From: Phallusia mammillata
Lineage: Eukaryota
Reading direction: 5' to 3'
NCBI GenBank assembly: GCA_965637545.1
Contig: OZ281494.1
Span: 3,410,001 to 3,474,000, forward strand
Length of the DNA stretch: 64,000 bases
Below, in pieces: positions 1 through 13,209 of this stretch. The number at the start of each line of letters is the position of its first letter. Positions within the stretch are counted from its first letter, which is position 1. The translations under genes and the position numbers were made by a program. The notes under the pieces are model-generated. The model searched no databases, was not told where the DNA came from, and saw only the letters and a program-made list of their open reading frames with translations.

Positions 1-223
1 ATTTTATTGTTCTGAGATCACAGTAACTTTGTGAAATTTAGAGTGGTATTTACGGGACAATAATGACAAATTCCGGTTAGAAATTGTTCTATTATGAAAA
101 CTGCTTGCAGGCAAAAATAATGTGCCCTGTTCAGTAACAAAACAGGAGCATGTGGTATTTCATCGACTTAGTAATATTGACCAGCCATCGTGAAATTAAT
201 GTAAAAGCATTTTTGCAGCTTAC

Positions 224-950
224 GTTTGAAGACTATTTTCCTGCCCAAGCTTGAGTTGGTTAAAGAGTTCTCTACCTCTCATCGCAAGGCGAACTTTCCT
301 ATTCTTGTGATCAAACCGAACGATCAGATATTCAATCTGTTTGATATAGTTGCATTTAAGTCATGCCAATAACACAGTGAAGCATGCCGACGTGCACACA
401 TACAAGATAGTAAATTATTAAACCGACTGGGAGATGGAATCAAAAAGGTGGAAGTGCAGCACTACTTCAATGGTGACGCAATCCCAAATCCTCTACACAT
501 TCTATGCAACACAATGTTCGAACCAGTGCTTGTTAAGGTAAAGGGTTTCTTAACCAAACAATCAAAGCCAGGACCATCAGATATGATGGCAAAAGTAGGG
601 TTGCGTAAACCAACCGACGAAAAAATTTCAGTTGCGATGAAAAAGTTTTTTTCTAGTCATGGCAACTGAACACACTTTAGCCTTGCGAATTTCTAACCCC
701 ATGAAATAGCCCAATGTTCCAATCGAGCGCGCGAGCTTCGTTCTAAGTCACAGGTTTTACATTCATACTTACAAACTTACAACCATTTCTTTGTTACCTC
801 GTCTCCCCACTTGAGAGGTTCGTTTTTGCGCATTTTATGATCTTTATAAGTTCGAATACAATGGCTGATTCCGTTCATCTTTACGTCATCGGCAAACTGC
901 TGAATTTCAGACCAAGTAAGAGGCTTCTCTTTAAAAGCTTGGGGCGCCAT
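224..950 (-). CDS. GCLC: Glutamate-cysteine ligase catalytic subunit-like gene, copy 1: exons 1-2; gene continues off the left edge
   Basis: Exon 1 at 950-798 reads MAPQAFKEKPLTWSEIQQFADDVKMNGISHCIRTYKDHKMRKNEPLKWGDE with a GT donor. Exon 2 at 336-224 reads IEYLIVRFDHKNRKVRLAMRGRELFNQLKLGQ. Both match the eukaryotic GCLC N-terminus (PLSWEE...HGI..F...Y......D.LKWGDEVEYMLV.FDHENKKVRL), with the intron after WGDE. Confidence 0.85.
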
Positions 951-3900
951 TACTATATGTGTTAAAATATCTTTAACCTTTTGCAAATGTACGTAAACTA
1001 TTTAAGCATAATTATCTGTTAGGGCATTACATTCGCACAAAACAGTTCGACAAACTTCTACACAAACGAAAGGCCCCAAACATTTCATTCCAACTGAAAC
1101 GCAAACCCGAATCAGTAGGCCTACTAGAACTCTAGTGCGTACATTCACAAATGTGGCGAAATTTACATGGTGTTATGGCAAAACAGACAATAAAAAAAAC
1201 TCTTGTGACATAGCTATTTAAATTCAGCTTTTAAAGACGCCAAGCAGGCCTTAGCTAAAGCAACTCTGCTGCACCACCTGTTACCGCATGCTCCAACTGC
1301 CCTCACCAACGATGCATCGAAAAATTCTGCTGGCGCTGCAAATCAGATTCCTTCACGAAATGCGATCACTTTTTATTCTGTACGCCGTATGTTTTGCCGG
1401 CAGGATATCGGTTTTCTCGGATTGTGACAAAAACGTTTAGGCTTGCCGTTGTTAAAAATAACCAGAAACATGCATTTCAAAAATGGATAATTTTATTCAA
1501 AAAAGAAAATAGATTAACTTTTATTCGCATGTATTCCCTTTTTGAGTGTAAAAAGAAACCTACGACGCCAGCGAGGGGATGGCATATTAACGCTTCGCCT
1601 TAGCTGCGTCGGAGCAGATGTTTTATGTTCAGTGTTGGGATTGGTTGTATTGAGACTGAAACCTAGTGTTCAGTCTTATGTTGAAGCCCCGTGTTTGTAT
1701 AATCTATAATGTGTTGTTGATATTTAGGGTAGTCGTCATATAATGTGTGTAATCAGGTAGTCCACCATTTCTGCCCCGTGTGTTAAATGGTATCTCATTT
1801 AATAAAATAAGATGGTGGTGTAAGGGGTTGTATGCATTTAGAGGTATTGCCCTGCTAAATAGTTTAACTCTAATTTAAACTGAAATTAGCAAACAATAAT
1901 CCATAAGCGTAAGAGTGAATTCACGCTTGACAAAGTATAAATTGTCGGTTAATCTTTGTTAACATCAAATTGTATTTTAATTTGTGACGTCAGTTTGGAC
2001 ATGAGATAGATATTACAGTCTTAATAAGAGTCTGGGCTATTTCTGCATGCGTTCGAATGAACGTTGTTGTGCATGCAAACAATACTCTTACTGGAATGGA
2101 ATGACCCGGTTTTGGCCAAAGTCACCGAAGTAAAAGCAACAGGCTGTCTAGTTTATAACTATCCTATACACTTTTTGCAGCCATTAGGAACCCTGGCTTA
2201 CTATATACACTGCCCACGTGGCATTGGACAAAGCTTCTACTTTCAGGAATCAAACGCATTTACTTCGACAATTTGAATTTAATTAAACCAAATTCAGTAA
2301 CACTTCTATACGGCCCTATGCTGAAATTACGGCAAACTTAGAACCTTATTTCTATGCGTGTTTGGAAAGTAATAAATATTCGACGTCAAATCTGATGACA
2401 CGTCAATAAAAAGTCGTACGTCATCGATTCGGAAACTATTGAATCGCGTTTGTAGTCTTTGTGTGACGTTATAAAGTTCCGAATCTTCTGTGCCGTACTG
2501 ACATGCTGCAAACTTTATATGGTTTCTGAAATAAAACATTTCTGTCAAAACGGCGTTGTTTTGTTGAGCTCTTCTCATTTTCTCATCAATCTGTAAAAAG
2601 TAAACTTCATCACTGCAGTTGTTATATCAAACCAATAATAGTTTAAACAATATTCCCAACATAATATGTAATCATAATAGCTGGACGTTTAGTCGGTTTT
2701 GAGTTTGCCTATTCGTCCAAACTTTGTTGGTGTAATAACGTCGACGTTCACCAAAGTGATTGTTGAAACTTTTACTTGCTTTTGATCAAAAAAACAATTT
2801 CAGCTTTGACTGATACATTTACAATTGACTATTGAACGCAGTGGTCCAATTTGAATCGAATTATGTTTTTAAAAAGACTCGTTTTGACCCGAGTCCTGCC
2901 TTAAAAAGACACGTTTAGTATATATATCCTTACCACCGGTATAGGAACCAGAATATCGAGTTTATTGGCCAGAATTACTCTGCTGAGAAGTATGACGAAG
3001 ACAACAAAAGCCGCATTCTTAAAGTCGCTCAATTGAGCTTCCATTATCCTGAACTCGACTCTCCATCCAATATCACTACTGTCTGGAGGAGGAGGCTTGA
3101 AACGAACCGTTTGCCAGTTGGTCGACTGAATGTTCTGAAAGTAGTTGAAGGTTTGAAAAACTATTTTGTTACATATCAATGTTAGAAAAATTGTGATTAT
3201 GGATTTTCTGAGATATATGTAACATCCAAAACCCGACTTAAAAGCAACATGCTTCACACCCGTTTGTGTACATATTAATTCACTGCAACATTACGTTCCT
3301 GCTTTGCACATTTAATACCCATCTTTTTATGACACCGAAGTTTATACAAACGGGTATGACTGATGTAGCCTTATATCACTGATAGTGACATAAACATTTG
3401 CCGAAACGTCTGAACATTAAACCATGTTACATTTGATGTTTACTTGGGTCGGTATATGTCGGTACTTATGAACAGTTCCGGGTTTATTCAAAAAATTATC
3501 ATGAAGCTTGATTGAAACAAACTGCCACGTGTCAATAAGTACAGTAAATACAATTTGTTGTAAAAGTCATAGCAATTGCTGTTGTTGTAAATCAGTAACG
3601 ATTTTCTGGCAGTGTTATTAATCGAGTGTCTCAATGATCAAGCAGTGCTTGACAAGCACACACCTCAAAATGCTCGTAACCAAGTTGTGGAGTAAATAAG
3701 AGTTGGCTTCGTTCCAACGAAAGTAGCTTTCTCACCCACAAGTGTGAAAAGTGGCGACTGATTGTGTTTTCCACACCTGATGTAAACAATGCGGTATCAA
3801 AGCTTTGAGGTAACGCGAAGTGAATCTTGATTGCTCACAAAATCAAGACATTGACGATTATAAACACCTTATAAGTTTTCCGCGCCTAATGTACGCATTA

Positions 3901-5372
3901 AAGAATTAATTTAAGGCCGCTACATTGCTCACAAAATCAACACATAGGTCATTCTAAACACAGAGATTTTAACACCTGATGCACAAACAATGCGGCGTTT
4001 AAACAAAAGAAATGGATGACCCCTAAAAGGGTTAACGGCATTAAGGTTGCTGATATTTTGTAGAATGTTCACTGCTATAAGAAGCTGAAACCTGCAATTG
4101 TTTACTTATAATACACAAACGTTAAGGTTTGTCTCAGAAGTATACGAAGCTCTGCTGACAATTGTGTATTAACCAACTAGCAAAATGCCTTCACAGACCT
4201 CTCTTAACTTCTCAAAGCCTATTTGAAATCCGCAAAACATCAGATTAAAAAACGATTCCACTAACAAACGTAGACTGAAACCGTCCTCGAAAATGCTGTG
4301 AAGTGTCAATGGGAATATTGCTGAAACGCAATGCGTGTGTTCGGTACAGAGCTATCGTGAAACAAAGGAACCCAACCTGACATTTTGTTGAAATAAAGCT
4401 CAATTTAGGCCCCAATGTTAGATTTTCCAATGCGAAATTGCGACACGAAGGCATTCGAGTGTTTATAATCAAACCCTTTTATAAAGTGAAGCGCGAATCC
4501 GACTGATTACTCTAATTCGTTAAGTCTGATCGAAGTAAATAACACCAATAACGAGCCAGGCCGCTGCTTTGCTTCGTGCAAATATGACTTTACACGCACT
4601 CAAACACCAATTCAAACCTGCATTGCTGAGCATTTCAAACGCGCGTGCATTCATTTCCAATGGTACGACGTTCAGTGTAGGTTCATCATTCGAGAGATAA
4701 CTTCTAATTGAAGTAACTCTCGGTGTATGGATCCTTGCCACTCTACATGGTAAGTCAATAACCTAAATGTTAATCAATTTACTTGGTTAAAGTTCGATTG
4801 AATAACTTAACTGTTTGTTGACGTTCAGACCTCTTTCTTCATTAGTTCGATCATCTAAACATTCTGCGAACGCCTGCCACCTAGTGTCTGTATCAACGAG
4901 GTATCCACGGTGGATTGGTGACGCAGCAGTGAGTGCGAGCTGTGACGCAAACACGCAAAACTTACACATGATCATCAATCAAAATAATTGTGCCATTTAC
5001 GCCACCTATCTTTTGGTATTTATAAATATTGTCTGATGTGAGTTATGTTGTTGGTACTTTAATGTTTAACAAGTCCAATGGTCGGCTAAAAAACGATGTT
5101 TGATATTAAAGTTTGTTTTTTTCGTGGAGTGATGGCAAACTCAGGCAAACCTATGCAAGACACAACACGGTCTGTGGACTTAGGGTTGAAAATCTCCGAT
5201 AATGTTAACACACACAAACAACCAATATTGCAATCTGAAACTTATGACTAACCATAATGGGGACAGAGAACAGCTAGTCGATCGTACAAATACTTTGCTT
5301 CATCAATATTAGCTGCTTGCAACGTGCATTGAATACAACAGCTGCCTCCACCAAAACCGAAAGAGTCTAGAT

Positions 5373-6447
5373 CAGGGGTGGCCAAACTTTTCAGTGCAAG
5401 GGCCGCATTCAAATGTTCATAATCTTATGGGCCGCATAGTATTTCACCAACGGCTCCCAATTACTTACTGGTGTAAAAAATTAGATTTATATCATATATA
5501 TATATACCATTTAAAGCCGCCTAAAATGCTCAGGTGTATAAGTTTAACTGAATGGAGATAACTGTTTATGACGTCATAATCTGTATTGTGACGATTACTG
5601 TGCCTGTTCTTTTCGCATTGTTTGCTCACAATAAGCGGATAAAAAGCCTTGCGCATATGGCCAGTCTCACGAAATCTCGTTTTAGCAGTTGAAAATCGAA
5701 ATATTTGGCAAAATACTTTTAGTCACGTCACGGCAGCCAGTATATATATTTTAACATACAAGGTCACGGCCGCACAAACTCGTCTCCGCGGCCGCATATG
5801 GTCGTACGACCGCAGGTTGTGCACCCCTGATTTAGCCCAAAATATTAACATAGTATATTTTCAGATATGTGCAAATACGTTTGTTATCACTTTGTTTGAA
5901 GAAACATTGGTTGAAACGCTACAATTAGGCTTTTCTTGCAACATAGGCTACACCACGTTTTTTTGTGAATAAATTCCTTGCGCCAACATTAAACAAAGCG
6001 AGCGGGTCTGTGTTAACGATTCTAAAGCCGTGTTTAATGTCCGTTTGCAATGTACTCCTAAACTTGATCCAAAGTGACCAAAGTTTTGGCGTCAACGGTG
6101 CAAAGTGGGCTGTAATTGAAAACGTGAATAGCTTTTACTTTTATCGAACGAAGAAATTGTGTCAAGTGACGATTTGTATAATAACGTGGCAGAAACAACA
6201 GGCTAAAACATGTAAAACGTATCTGTGTTTATAGTTCCAAAGTATGGTACTGGTACAGATTCTGCATATGGTATAGGTATCGGCAAGTCGCACCTTCGGT
6301 ATTTTTTAAAACTCTACGCCTGTGCTTATAATACTATTCAGCGTTGCTCAGTAACTTTCTTTTTAAAATTTGCTAACATTTGGCGGGCCGCATAAACTCC
6401 TTTGCCGGGCCGCATGCGGCCCGCGGGCCGTAGTTTGCCCACCCCTG
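5373..6447. mobile_element. Non-autonomous hAT (Buster/Charlie-like) element, composite, inserted in a GCLC-like exon
   Basis: Termini CAGGGGTGGCCAAAC...GTTTGCCCACCCCTG. 8-bp TSD gtctagat at 5365-5372 and 6448-6455. An extra internal terminus GTTGTGCACCCCTG ends at 5829. Confidence 0.9.
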
Positions 6448-8096
6448 GTCTAGATGCACGTGATCTGGCCTCGCATCCTGATTGGCTGACGAATTATCAA
6501 ACTCCTCGATAAAAGGCGAAGGCGTGTTAACATCCCGAAAAACTGCAACAGAAATCGTTTTAGCTGATGATAACGTTGCAAAATTTCGTTTCGAAAACTG
6601 ACTTGGAATATTAGCTGTTGCGTTTGATCCTCGGCTTTGTCGCAATCCTTCAGCGAGTTGCCTAAAAGGTCAGAAATAGTTGAACTCAGAACAAACTTGC
6701 CATAATTATGGCAAAGACATTTACATAGTTAATTACGCAGACGTTTCGATCCTTCAAGTCCTTGTCCTAAGTACCAATGTTATAAATGCCACTGATCACA
6801 CCATTATAGCATTGTTAAAAACATTTCACCATGATTTATGGCTTCGTTTAAGTTCTTGGCAGTTTCATATTTTTGTATTTAAATAGCTACGATAGTAATC
6901 CTGTCTACAAAACTTGTTACAAACAGAAGTGATTAAAATGAAGTTTTATGGACCGTTGCGGATAGGACATGTGTGGGATTAAGACATAAATCAAATTAAG
7001 ACCTGCATCTTGTGATGTTGATTATCGTCTGATCTGGCAGAAACGTTGAGTGTGTGATAAGATTCGAACCATGTTGTGACATTTTAACGACAGGATTCGT
7101 GAAATCTGGACAACCAAGCCTAAATATGTTTTTTAATGTTACACAATTTCAAAATAATCATGTAAATCTTGTGGTGTAGCTGCAGCGCGTTTAGTCATCA
7201 ATTTGCCTTTAATTTGCGTGCGTCCATAACTTTTCAACGTTGCGAAGTTATTTCTGGTTTGGTGATAGTTTAAGTGCTTTTAATTTGTGTCGCTATGAGT
7301 TTAATTTGTGTCGCTATGAGTTCCTTTATCAAATAAACTGAACTCAAACTTCATTTTTATTTTGTTATATTACCTTGGAAATATGGTAAAGGTGAGAACC
7401 ACATTGTCAGCCTGCAAGTGTTTCTGAATTTCCTTTCGCCTAAAAACATTCTGAAAATGACTTGAATCGTAGACAAAAACAGAAACTGATCAAGCACCAG
7501 TTACCTGTTGCGCATGTTTTCTTCCACATCCAAACAACTGGACAATATCCCATCATAGGGTTTACCAGGTGAACTCTCCAGCATATAGCTCCCATACTCT
7601 TTGCTCCAGAGAAACGAAACACTGTCAAAACATTTTTGCTTTATCTGAAGTAACACATATTGGAACAAAGCATCCCAACATTTAAATTGCTTGAATTAAA
7701 ACTATTTTGTGTTTCGTGATAACTTGTTTCAAACGTGGACTGAAAGAATAAAACTAACCAATAACAAAAAGCCAAACCGTATGTTATACTATGTGTGGGA
7801 AAAGACACACAAACAATAAATACATATCACATAATGGAGTTGGTCTAATGGAAACATGTTTGATCAAAAAATCGACATTGCAGAATTAAACATTCTGATC
7901 AGTGATAGCTCGATGCAATCTGTCTCAAAGTTTTCCAAAGACGCAAAACAGACTCTTACCCAGTTTGGGGACTTTTCTGCGCCTTTGTTAGCTTTCTCCA
8001 AACTTCGTCACCGCACAACGAAAGCTGCACTTTTCGATTCTCGTGATCAAAACGAACAATCATGTAAAATGGTCTATGACACGTAACATAAGTTTT

Positions 8097-8505
8097 GCCG
8101 AGGTTGTCAAGTGGTTTAGGTAGCCGCCTTGTGCCCAGAAGGTTGTTGGTTCTAACCCCGTCCCGGCGGTAGAGCTACTTACACCATAACTCACGTCAGC
8201 CGCACATTTAGCTAATTTTCGTAAGATGTCGCAGGACGTGAACTATTTATTTAGCGGCTAAAACAGTGGTACGGTTGGGATCTATGTTTTTGTAACTTAG
8301 GTGTTAGTAGATTTTCCCGTTTCGGCTGGTGGCATTGCTCTGGCCCAGGTAAATCTTATGGGTTGAAGTCAAGTTTAGTCAACTAACACACCGAGACAAG
8401 AAAATCCAATAGACTAACAAGGAGACAGACAGCCCGTAGGCGGAATCATACCCCATTTAGGGGTTCGCCCACCGAGAGTAAGAATGAAATAAAACAAACA
8501 AACAA
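8097..8505 (+). mobile_element. tRNA-derived SINE
   Basis: tRNA-like head with A-box (TGTCAAGTGG) and B-box-like (GGTTCTAACCC) sequences, a body of about 330 nt, and an AATGAAATAAAA(CAAA)n tail. Lies in intron 1 of GCLC copy 2. No TSD seen. Confidence 0.6.
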
Positions 8506-9591
8506 CTCGGAAGCAAAATGATTTTTTGATTACTTTCCCTAGTGGTTTTAAAAAACAGCACTGAAAGACATCGAAAACCTTCAGTCGCAATTACCTCGTC
8601 TCCCCACTTGAGGGGGTCATCGAGTCTGCGTTTATGCTCTCTATAGGTTCGAATAAAGTGACGAATGCCGTTCGCCTTAAGGTCATCAGTGTATTCTTGT
8701 ATTTCTGACCAGTTGAGAGGAACGTCGTTAACACTTGGGGGCGCCATTTGGGTTGAGTTTCTTAATACCATTTCAAGACAGGCTCTAATTAAACGTGGTG
8801 CTTTTTGTACAGGTTCTTCTGTGTGGCATCGAATTTATAAAGCAAGTATTTTTTTCTAGACAGCACCAAAGCAGCCAAATCAGTGTAACATTATTAGGTT
8901 ATCTGTTCATATCGTATTTATTCGCTTGTTAAACGCCCTCGATTGTAAACGGGAGGGGTTTTGAACTTTTGATGTAAATAAATGAGCAAAATGTAACAAA
9001 CGTCTACACTGACCACTTTTTAACTGAATCTAATTCAATGCCACTTTGTATTTGATGTACTGCACAGGGCCCGATTAAAAACCAGCATTTACTGAACCAC
9101 AAGTGTAACTGAATTCATCCAAAGCATAAACTCACTATAGAGCGGTTACTTTTGAATTGCTTGACTATTACCGCTATTTGGAAAAGAAAATACAACGAGG
9201 GATAATATAAAGCCGCATCTTCTGACAAATAAAATTCCTTAACTGCTGCGTTGGGCACTTAACAGGCTGACCAAAGAGGTCGAACATTTATTGGTAACCA
9301 ATCAACCACTCAGGTTACTTAGGTGACCCCACTTGAAATGTTTGACTTGCACATTTTCGCTGACGCACCACAACGCAGTTATGTCAATACACGTCAAGGG
9401 AGACAACATAATGAAGTATCGCCCTAATCATCGGCGATATACAAGTTGTACCTGTAACCACGCGTTACCGATTTATCGAAGAATGAAATACTTTTTTAGG
9501 CGGGGGTTTGGGGACCTCTAGGGGTCTGCAAAGCGTTTCCAGGGGGTCCTCGACAATTCTTAATTTGCACATAAATTGCGATATAAAAAAC

Positions 9592-10030
9592 CAGGGAGTC
9601 GAACCGAAACTGAACCCGAACCGGTTTGAGCGGTTTATTTCATTAAACCCGAACCGAACCCGAACCGCTAATTACGATTTCCTAAAAACTCGAACCGGAG
9701 CTGAACCCCATATTTTGTTTGGCGTTGGACCCAAACCGGAACCGAAGCAGTAAAAAAAAATTTTTTTCAGATTTTTTTAAAACAGCGCACTGAAGATAAA
9801 AATACGCAATATAACAGCTATAGGGCGTGTCAAAATTAACAAATTTGAAAGTGTCTGCAATACACGGTCAAAATTCTTTCGGAGTTTAATAACGCCATGC
9901 AGATGACGGACAAAATCAAAATTAATTGAAAGAGGATTGAACCGGTTTAAAAACCGCAAACCGGTTCGGACCGAGTAATTTGCCCGAACCGGAACAAAAC
10001 CCGAACCCGAAATCGAACATTTCTAAAAAC
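9592..10030 (+). mobile_element. Truncated copy of the CAGGGAGTCGAACC hAT MITE family
   Basis: Same left terminus and CCCGAACC-rich body as the elements at 17577-18098 and 56083-56603; right terminus missing. Confidence 0.85.
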
Positions 10031-10373
10031 CTTTTTTAAAAGACAAACAAAATGCATTGTAACATTTAAACCCCATGGTGATGCAACAGGCGTTAATTAT
10101 CAGCGACAAACAACGTCACATCACCATATAATGGCTCTTTCCTGTTGATTCACGATGTTTCAACCAAAACTAAGCAATTAAAATTATGATCCTGGACCAA
10201 ACGTGGCGTGGTCGGCATTTTATGTAACATGTTTTAGTTTCTTGTTAATGAAAAAAAGACAAAAATACCTAAAACTCAAAGGGTCCATAATTAGATTACA
10301 GCAGTAGTTCTCAAACTGGGCGTTGATGATTATAATTTTCAATACTGTACAAACTCATGCAGATGCAAACAAA

Positions 10374-10638
10374 CAAGTGGTTCCCAACCTTTTTGTCACA
10401 TTCCTCCCTTTGCCCATTTTCGAACTATTCATTCCTTCCCATAAGACGAAAAACAAATATAACATAAAAAATTATAGCAATTTAAAATAGACCTTATAAT
10501 TAGGGATGTCCATTTTAGAATCCTTTACAAATATTCTGTAACATTTTCAATGTATTTTTTACAGTTTTTATAAATTCCTTCCCTAAAATCATAAAATTCC
10601 TTCCTAGGGGGGAATTCCTTCCCGGTTGGGAACCACTG
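10374..10638. mobile_element. hAT (Charlie-like) MITE, old
   Basis: Termini CAAGTGGTTCCCAACC...GGTTGGGAACCACTG; TSD not preserved. Confidence 0.65.
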
Positions 10639-12106
10639 CAGTATAGACAATATAAACTAATGGACTTGACCGTGTGGCCTTGAAATAAATAGTTGAAATA
10701 GTTTAATGCCACACAAATATTTGTTTGTGCAGTTGGAAATGTGAATACGATCACTGTTCTGTTACAATTGCCACAATTTAAAACGTTCCCAGTTCAGAAT
10801 CACAGACGAAGAGACTTGCTTGGACCGTGTTTTGAAAATTAGGGACAAGTGTGAGAAAGAATGCGATATGTTACTCTAGTAATCCAGCTAACAAAGCAGC
10901 CTAAACAAGTTTCAATATTGAAAATGTCTTAGATAATGAGAAAGCGGCAATTGTGCCGTGGTGTTAAAAAATGTCCAAGTTAAACGCAGCAACCAAGTTG
11001 TTCCAGTTAAACATAAATAGGCCAACAAGGGCCAAACAAGTACAACGTGTACAAGGTGCACAGAAACAAAGTGGAAATTTAAATGACTTTTAAACAGTTT
11101 TCCAGTTGTGTTTTGAAAGCCTGAAACAAAAATAGGTTTAATTACGCAAGCAATTGTCAAATGACCAACAAATTTTCAATGCCAGTACACCAGCGATCTT
11201 AATGCGAGCACACCGACGATGAAAATGAATCAAACAATAATTAAACCATCTCTTCTTATTGATGATATTTTCTTGCAAGTAAAGCAAAGGACTGCGCCGA
11301 TTCAGGGTCATTAAATAAAATCAAATAAATTTCAGCGTGAAAACACTAAATCGGTTCCGTAGTTACATACCTTTGTGTACAGACGGATGATGCTTGTGAA
11401 AGCAGATGAATACAACGACCGACGTAATGATTTTCACCTAAAACAACTAAAACATTTATATAATAGTTATAATGTTTCTACCTGCTTCGGTTAGATTTGC
11501 AATATTAGCCCAACCCGGATAATGGTTCAAATCAAAGAAGTGTTGATGGACAATGAGATGAAAAATAATCCGACCAAGTTGAGAAACCAACCTGCTTTCA
11601 GCTAAATCACAAAATCGCGTAATGACGTGAGGTCTGAGGTTCCAATCCCAAGAAAAATGTAATGTTTTATTTCATCAAAATTCACAAATGTTGGGAAACA
11701 TAGTCAATTAACTGATTTTGGCATACCCAAGTCAATAAACTGAAAGGAACATAAATTCATAAGTGAAATCAGCCCTGAACCATTGATGCAGACTGGCACG
11801 TATGCATCACGACAAGTCATTGTTTCTGTGTTAAGAAATCATCGGGAACAGGTTTATCGTGCTTGTTGCATTCATTCAAACAGATAACCCAGTGGTGCCA
11901 AAAGTGATTGGTTCTAATTACGTATGTCTGGTTCCAAGCGTTAAAGTATGAACCATTAAAAGGTATAAGCAGGTCAGACAAGCGGGTAAGAATAATCACA
12001 CCCCGTCGATTATATTTAAAAAAAACAGATTAGGTATATCCTACATGTGAAGCATATTTTGTACAAAAAGACGAAGTGAGTATTCGTGACTGATAAGCCA
12101 CTAAAC

Positions 12107-12378
12107 CACAGGTTCTCAACTGGTGGTCCATGATGACTTTTTGTGTGGTCCACTAAGTTTGTTGATAAACTAGAGATTATTGCATCTTACATATTGAAAG
12201 AGTATCGAAATGTTAGCTGTTAATAGTTCTTGAAAATCGTTTTTTTGAAGAATTATGTTTCAAGCCCGAATAGTAGTTTTGTACGTGTACTTCAATCTTG
12301 CTCAAAAATAAAATGGTCCACGATGTTTTTTTTTACTTGCGCTGTGGTCCATGGCCCGAAACGAGTTGAGATTCACTG
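12107..12378. mobile_element. hAT (Buster-like) MITE
   Basis: Termini CACAGGTTCTCAAC...GTTGAGATTCACTG. 8-bp TSD cactaaac at 12099-12106 and 12379-12386. Confidence 0.85.
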
Positions 12379-13209
12379 CACTAAACCCTTCATACGACGT
12401 GTAAGTGTGTATTAATCCACTAAGTCAACCAGGTTCATAATTTTGCGCATTTTTTTGTGTTTTAATACCTGTAGCGTCTAATTTTACTATAATTTTCTGT
12501 GAAATGTTTTGGCGAAACACAGCACGTAATAAGCTTCCTACCAAGCTGATATATCATTGTGTGTTGTCATAAATGCAGAGCAAATATCTTACTATAGCAA
12601 ATTTAACCAACGTGTATAGTTTGATGCAATTTGCTGCTACTGTTTCTGGAGTTATAAGTCGGGCAAGGGTTTGAGGTCAGGTTGAGTTGAGTTTATTTCG
12701 CTCGGTGAAAAAATCGCAGTAACACAATTGCACTAAAATATTCACCTTGCCAGAGGTTCGGGTGTAAAAAGAAACAGGTTCAATTAGGGCCTGACTCGCT
12801 AACACTCCATAGTTTCACTTCGGTTAAACAAGTTTTAGGGTAGAGGTCAGGTTTTGTTTTTGTTTTTAAAATATATTTCGGATTAGGTTTTTATTATTGT
12901 ACGTTCGGATTTGGGCTGCGATTTCGGGCCAGCTTACAACTCTGCTACAAATGAAAACATGTTCGGTTGCAATTTTTTTACGTACAAGTTGGCCGTTAGA
13001 GGACAAAACATGAGGTTCGACTGGTAAAGTCAGTCTTGATAAAAGGTTTGCTTTTTGCGAAGTGTTGAATCTCTAAGACCAAAAGCACGGTAAAAAACAA
13101 ACTGGTCGCAAAATCAGCTTAAATGTCGATTTGATATTAGGCGAAATTTGTGTTTTGCTTTAATTACATTTTATAGAACTGCAGAAATTTTTGTGGATAA
13201 GTTCCAAAA

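Larger units (their letters stand above)
2327..8747 (-). pseudogene. GCLC: GCLC-like gene, copy 2: disrupted
   Basis: Minus-strand exons: 8747-8595, 8073-7960, 7621-7505 (LWSKEYGSYMLESSPGKPY), 7439-7374, 7119-7003 (LGCPDFT), 6661-6603, 6542-6448 joined to 5364-5253 (PDHVHLD-SFGFGGGSCCIQ, split by a hAT element), 4939-4812 (ALTAASP...DDRTNEERG), 4742-4618, 3134-2934 (NIQSTNWQTVRFKPPPP...GWRVEFR), and about 2590-2330. Lesions: exon 2 is 114 nt against 113 nt in copy 1 (+1, destroys IEY); a 1075-bp insertion sits inside an exon; an extra C frameshifts the CPIM motif at about 5259-5262. The exon expected between 3134 and 4618 was not confidently found. Confidence 0.85.

Noticed and set aside
220-669. 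Plus-strand reading frame (tracked ORF 448-669, extendable upstream through one stop)
   Set aside because: Its 5' part is the antisense of GCLC copy 1 exon 2; no recognisable protein.
1260-1603. Cys-rich plus-strand stretch (CSNCPHQRC...CWRC) resembling a transposase zinc finger
   Set aside because: Short, no termini or other transposase motifs; cannot be supported.
3355-3412. Hammerhead-like string CTGATGT...GCCGAAACGTC in a GCLC intron
   Set aside because: Core is mutated (CUGAUGU), stems I and II do not pair convincingly, and there is no adjacent PLE ORF; at best a decayed relic.
3730-4000. Weak direct repeats resembling C2H2 zinc-finger linkers
   Set aside because: No intact finger or open frame.
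9508-9753. ORFs in CCCGAACC-rich sequence (also 17515-17970, 17555-17746, 56055-56351, 56434-56664)
   Set aside because: By-products of MITE subterminal repeats; these repeats are not CRISPR arrays, as there are no unique spacers and the host is eukaryotic.
12650-12950. Imperfect inverted-repeat element upstream of the A genes (GAGTTATAAG...CTTACAACTC)
   Set aside because: Probably an old MITE copied with the duplications; no TSD and boundaries too uncertain to call.
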